64,000 nucleotides of DNA from Chlorokybus atmophyticus (taxonomy: Eukaryota; Plantae; Mesostigma and Chlorokybus algae): positions 567,104 to 631,103 of the forward strand of contig RHPI01002823.1 in assembly GCA_009103225.1 (NCBI GenBank), given 5' to 3'. The notes under the pieces are model-generated. The model had not been told where the DNA came from. It saw only the letters and a list, made by a program, of their open reading frames with translations, and did not search any database. Below are positions 61,956 to 64,000 of this stretch, piece by piece; the first letter of the stretch is position 1, and each line of letters opens with the position of its first letter. The translations under genes were made by a program, and so were the position numbers.

Positions 61956-64000
61956 ATGTCGTCGGCGGCGGCGGCGGTGGGCGGCGGTGCCCGCGATGGC
62001 GTCGCTCGCCGCGAGTCCGCCGTGCTGAAGGGCCACGAGGGCGCGGTGCTGTGCGTGGCGTTCAGCAAGGGGGCGGCGCAGTACGCTGTGTCGGGAGGAA
62101 AAGACAAGGTGGGGTGAGGTGGTTTAATTGTTGTTGTTGGGGGCGGGTGGGGATTGGGCAGAGACTGTCAGGCTCAGCATCCGGCTGCTTTCTGTGTCAT
62201 GGGCTTTCTGTTGCTTTTCGCTTCTGACTATGCGTAAACCTCCGTCTATTTGTTTTTCTTTAGCTTAATCTCTTGGGTAGACCGGTGTGCATGCTCGTCC
62301 ACATTGCGTGACTATTATCTCGCATGCAGCAGCATTGCACTTGTGCTTTGTTCTTTTGTGGACTGTGCATGTGCCGTTGAGCAGCTTGAAACATACCAAT
62401 CGTTGTTGTTGTTGTTGTTGTTGTGCTCAGGCAACTGATGTGTTGCTCCCACAGACGGTGAGGTTGTGGAACCCTAATCGCTCCCTGCTCATCAAGACGT
62501 ACGTCGGGCACACGTCCGACGTACGCGGCGTCACATGTTCAAGGTAGGCACTTGTGTTGTTTGTTCACAGAACATGAGTATCATGCAGGCAATCAGCTAA
62601 GTTTTTGTGCAATACTACTGCCACTAGAACTTCTATTACTCTGTTACCTCTGTCATCATCACCTCAACCACAACAACAACGTCCACTACTAGTACTACTA
62701 CTACTGCTACTGAACATGGTGTCTTGGTATTCATGTCTCAAGCGTGTGTGCAGTGACAACAGCCGGCTGGCGTCGTGCGGGACGGACCGAACGATCGTGT
62801 TGTGGGACGTTGCCAGCGGCCGCATCATACGCAAGTTCCGCGGACACACGCACGAGGTTGGGTGTGCGCATGTTGATGTGCTCGCGCCTGCACGTGCGCG
62901 TGCGCGTGTGTGCCCACATGTGTGCATGTGTGTGCGTGAGTGCACGTGTCTGGGAGTGTGCGCGTGCATGTGCGCGCGTGTCAATGTGTGTTTGTACGCA
63001 TGTGCATGTGCATGGATGCCTATGGATGCGCGTGCATGTGAGTGCGTGCGAGTGCATGCGTGGGCGCATGTGTGCCTGGTCTTTCTGGGTTGTTGGTGTT
63101 GGCGGATTGTGAAGTGACTGCAGAAATGCATGCTGGGCTGCAGGTAAACGCGGTGAAGTTCAACGCTGAGTGCTCGGTGGTGGTGAGCGGCGCATACGAC
63201 AAGACCATACGCGTGTGGGACATGAAGTCACGCAATGAACGACCCATCCAGGTGCGTCTGATAAGATTAATAGATGGTTTGGCTGCGATATCAGTCTGCT
63301 ATCAACTGCTTGCATTGAATGCAGTACAACATGATATAAACATCAACAACATAGCTCATCAGGAATAGGAGTACATTGCCATGCTTCACGTGAAGTACCA
63401 CTATGAATGCTACTACTACCACTAACAGTTGAGCACACATGACATTGATAGAGTTTGAAGTACATTCTGCTGGTATGTATGTGTGATGACTGTCACACCA
63501 GTGCGATGGGCTCATAAACTCTGCTGTGGCACACGCACACGCACGAGTGAGTGTGGCGCAGCATGCGTGCGCGCATCCGTATATGCACACAGACACACAC
63601 ACAGTCATGTGCACGCTGTGACCCGCACAACCTCAAGTCCAAGTTTTGCTTACCTTTTGGGTCTCAAACAAGGTTCTGGATGAGTTTCGGGACAGTGTGA
63701 CATCGGTGATCGTGACGGACACTGAGCTAATTGGCGGCAGCGTCGATGGCTCCGTGCGGACCTTTGACATCCGAGCAGGCAGGCAAGAAGAGAATTATGC
63801 ATCGTGTGTATTTACGATGTGACGTGTGCGCACGCATGCATACGCGCGTGCGCACACGCACATGTGCACAGTTGCAATGCGCAGGCACACGCACACTCGC
63901 GTGCGCGCACATGCAAGTGCCCAGACGTGTGCGCGCATACGCATGTGCGTGTGCACAGATAGCTTAAAACACTCTGTGTTATTAGGACTGTCGCGGACAT
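61956..64000 (+). CDS. WDR83: WD40 protein WDR83/MORG1 (truncated by the window end)
   Basis: LKGHEGAVLCVAFSKG-AQYAVSGGKDK|TVRLWNP...LIKTYVGH...|DNSRLASCGTDRTIVLWDVASGRIIRKFRGH|VNAVKFN...VVSGAYDKTIRVWDMKSRNERPIQ|VLDEFRDSVTSV...GGSVDGSVRTFDIRAG. Confidence 0.92.

Overview
Eukaryotic, intron-rich nuclear DNA, most plausibly from a green-lineage (Viridiplantae) alga. This is inferred from plant-like BET5, GDT1, CoA-carrier and BROX sequences, a plastid-type transit peptide, and TGTAA motifs after several stops. It uses the standard genetic code. Most entries in the supplied ORF track are exon fragments or repeat-derived noise, so I rebuilt genes by hand from GT/GC-AG exon chains; exon boundaries are manual estimates. 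About 16 protein genes are recognisable: two SLC25 carriers, CENP-W, a GGCT/AIG2-like enzyme, an NCKX-type exchanger, a heparinase II/III-like lyase, an RNA-dependent RNA polymerase (DYDGD, RDR3/4/5-like), a DnaJ-type zinc-finger protein, an SDR, TRAPPC1/BET5, a secreted Cys-rich repeat protein, GDT1/TMEM165, a 71-aa membrane microprotein, BROX, a bacterial-type citramalate synthase and WDR83/MORG1 (cut by the window edge). There is also a solo LTR with a 5-bp TSD, a cluster of nested TTAA-flanked MITE-like elements, an intronic palindrome, microsatellites and a probably artefactual poly-C run. The most interesting signals are: two candidate bicistronic loci (CENP-W then GGCT, 19 nt apart; microprotein then BROX, 124 nt apart); a CENP-W orthologue in the green lineage; bacterial-type enzymes that now carry introns; frequent GC-AG introns; and introns with TG-rich 5' and CA-rich 3' halves. 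No database search was possible; all family calls come from motif recognition.
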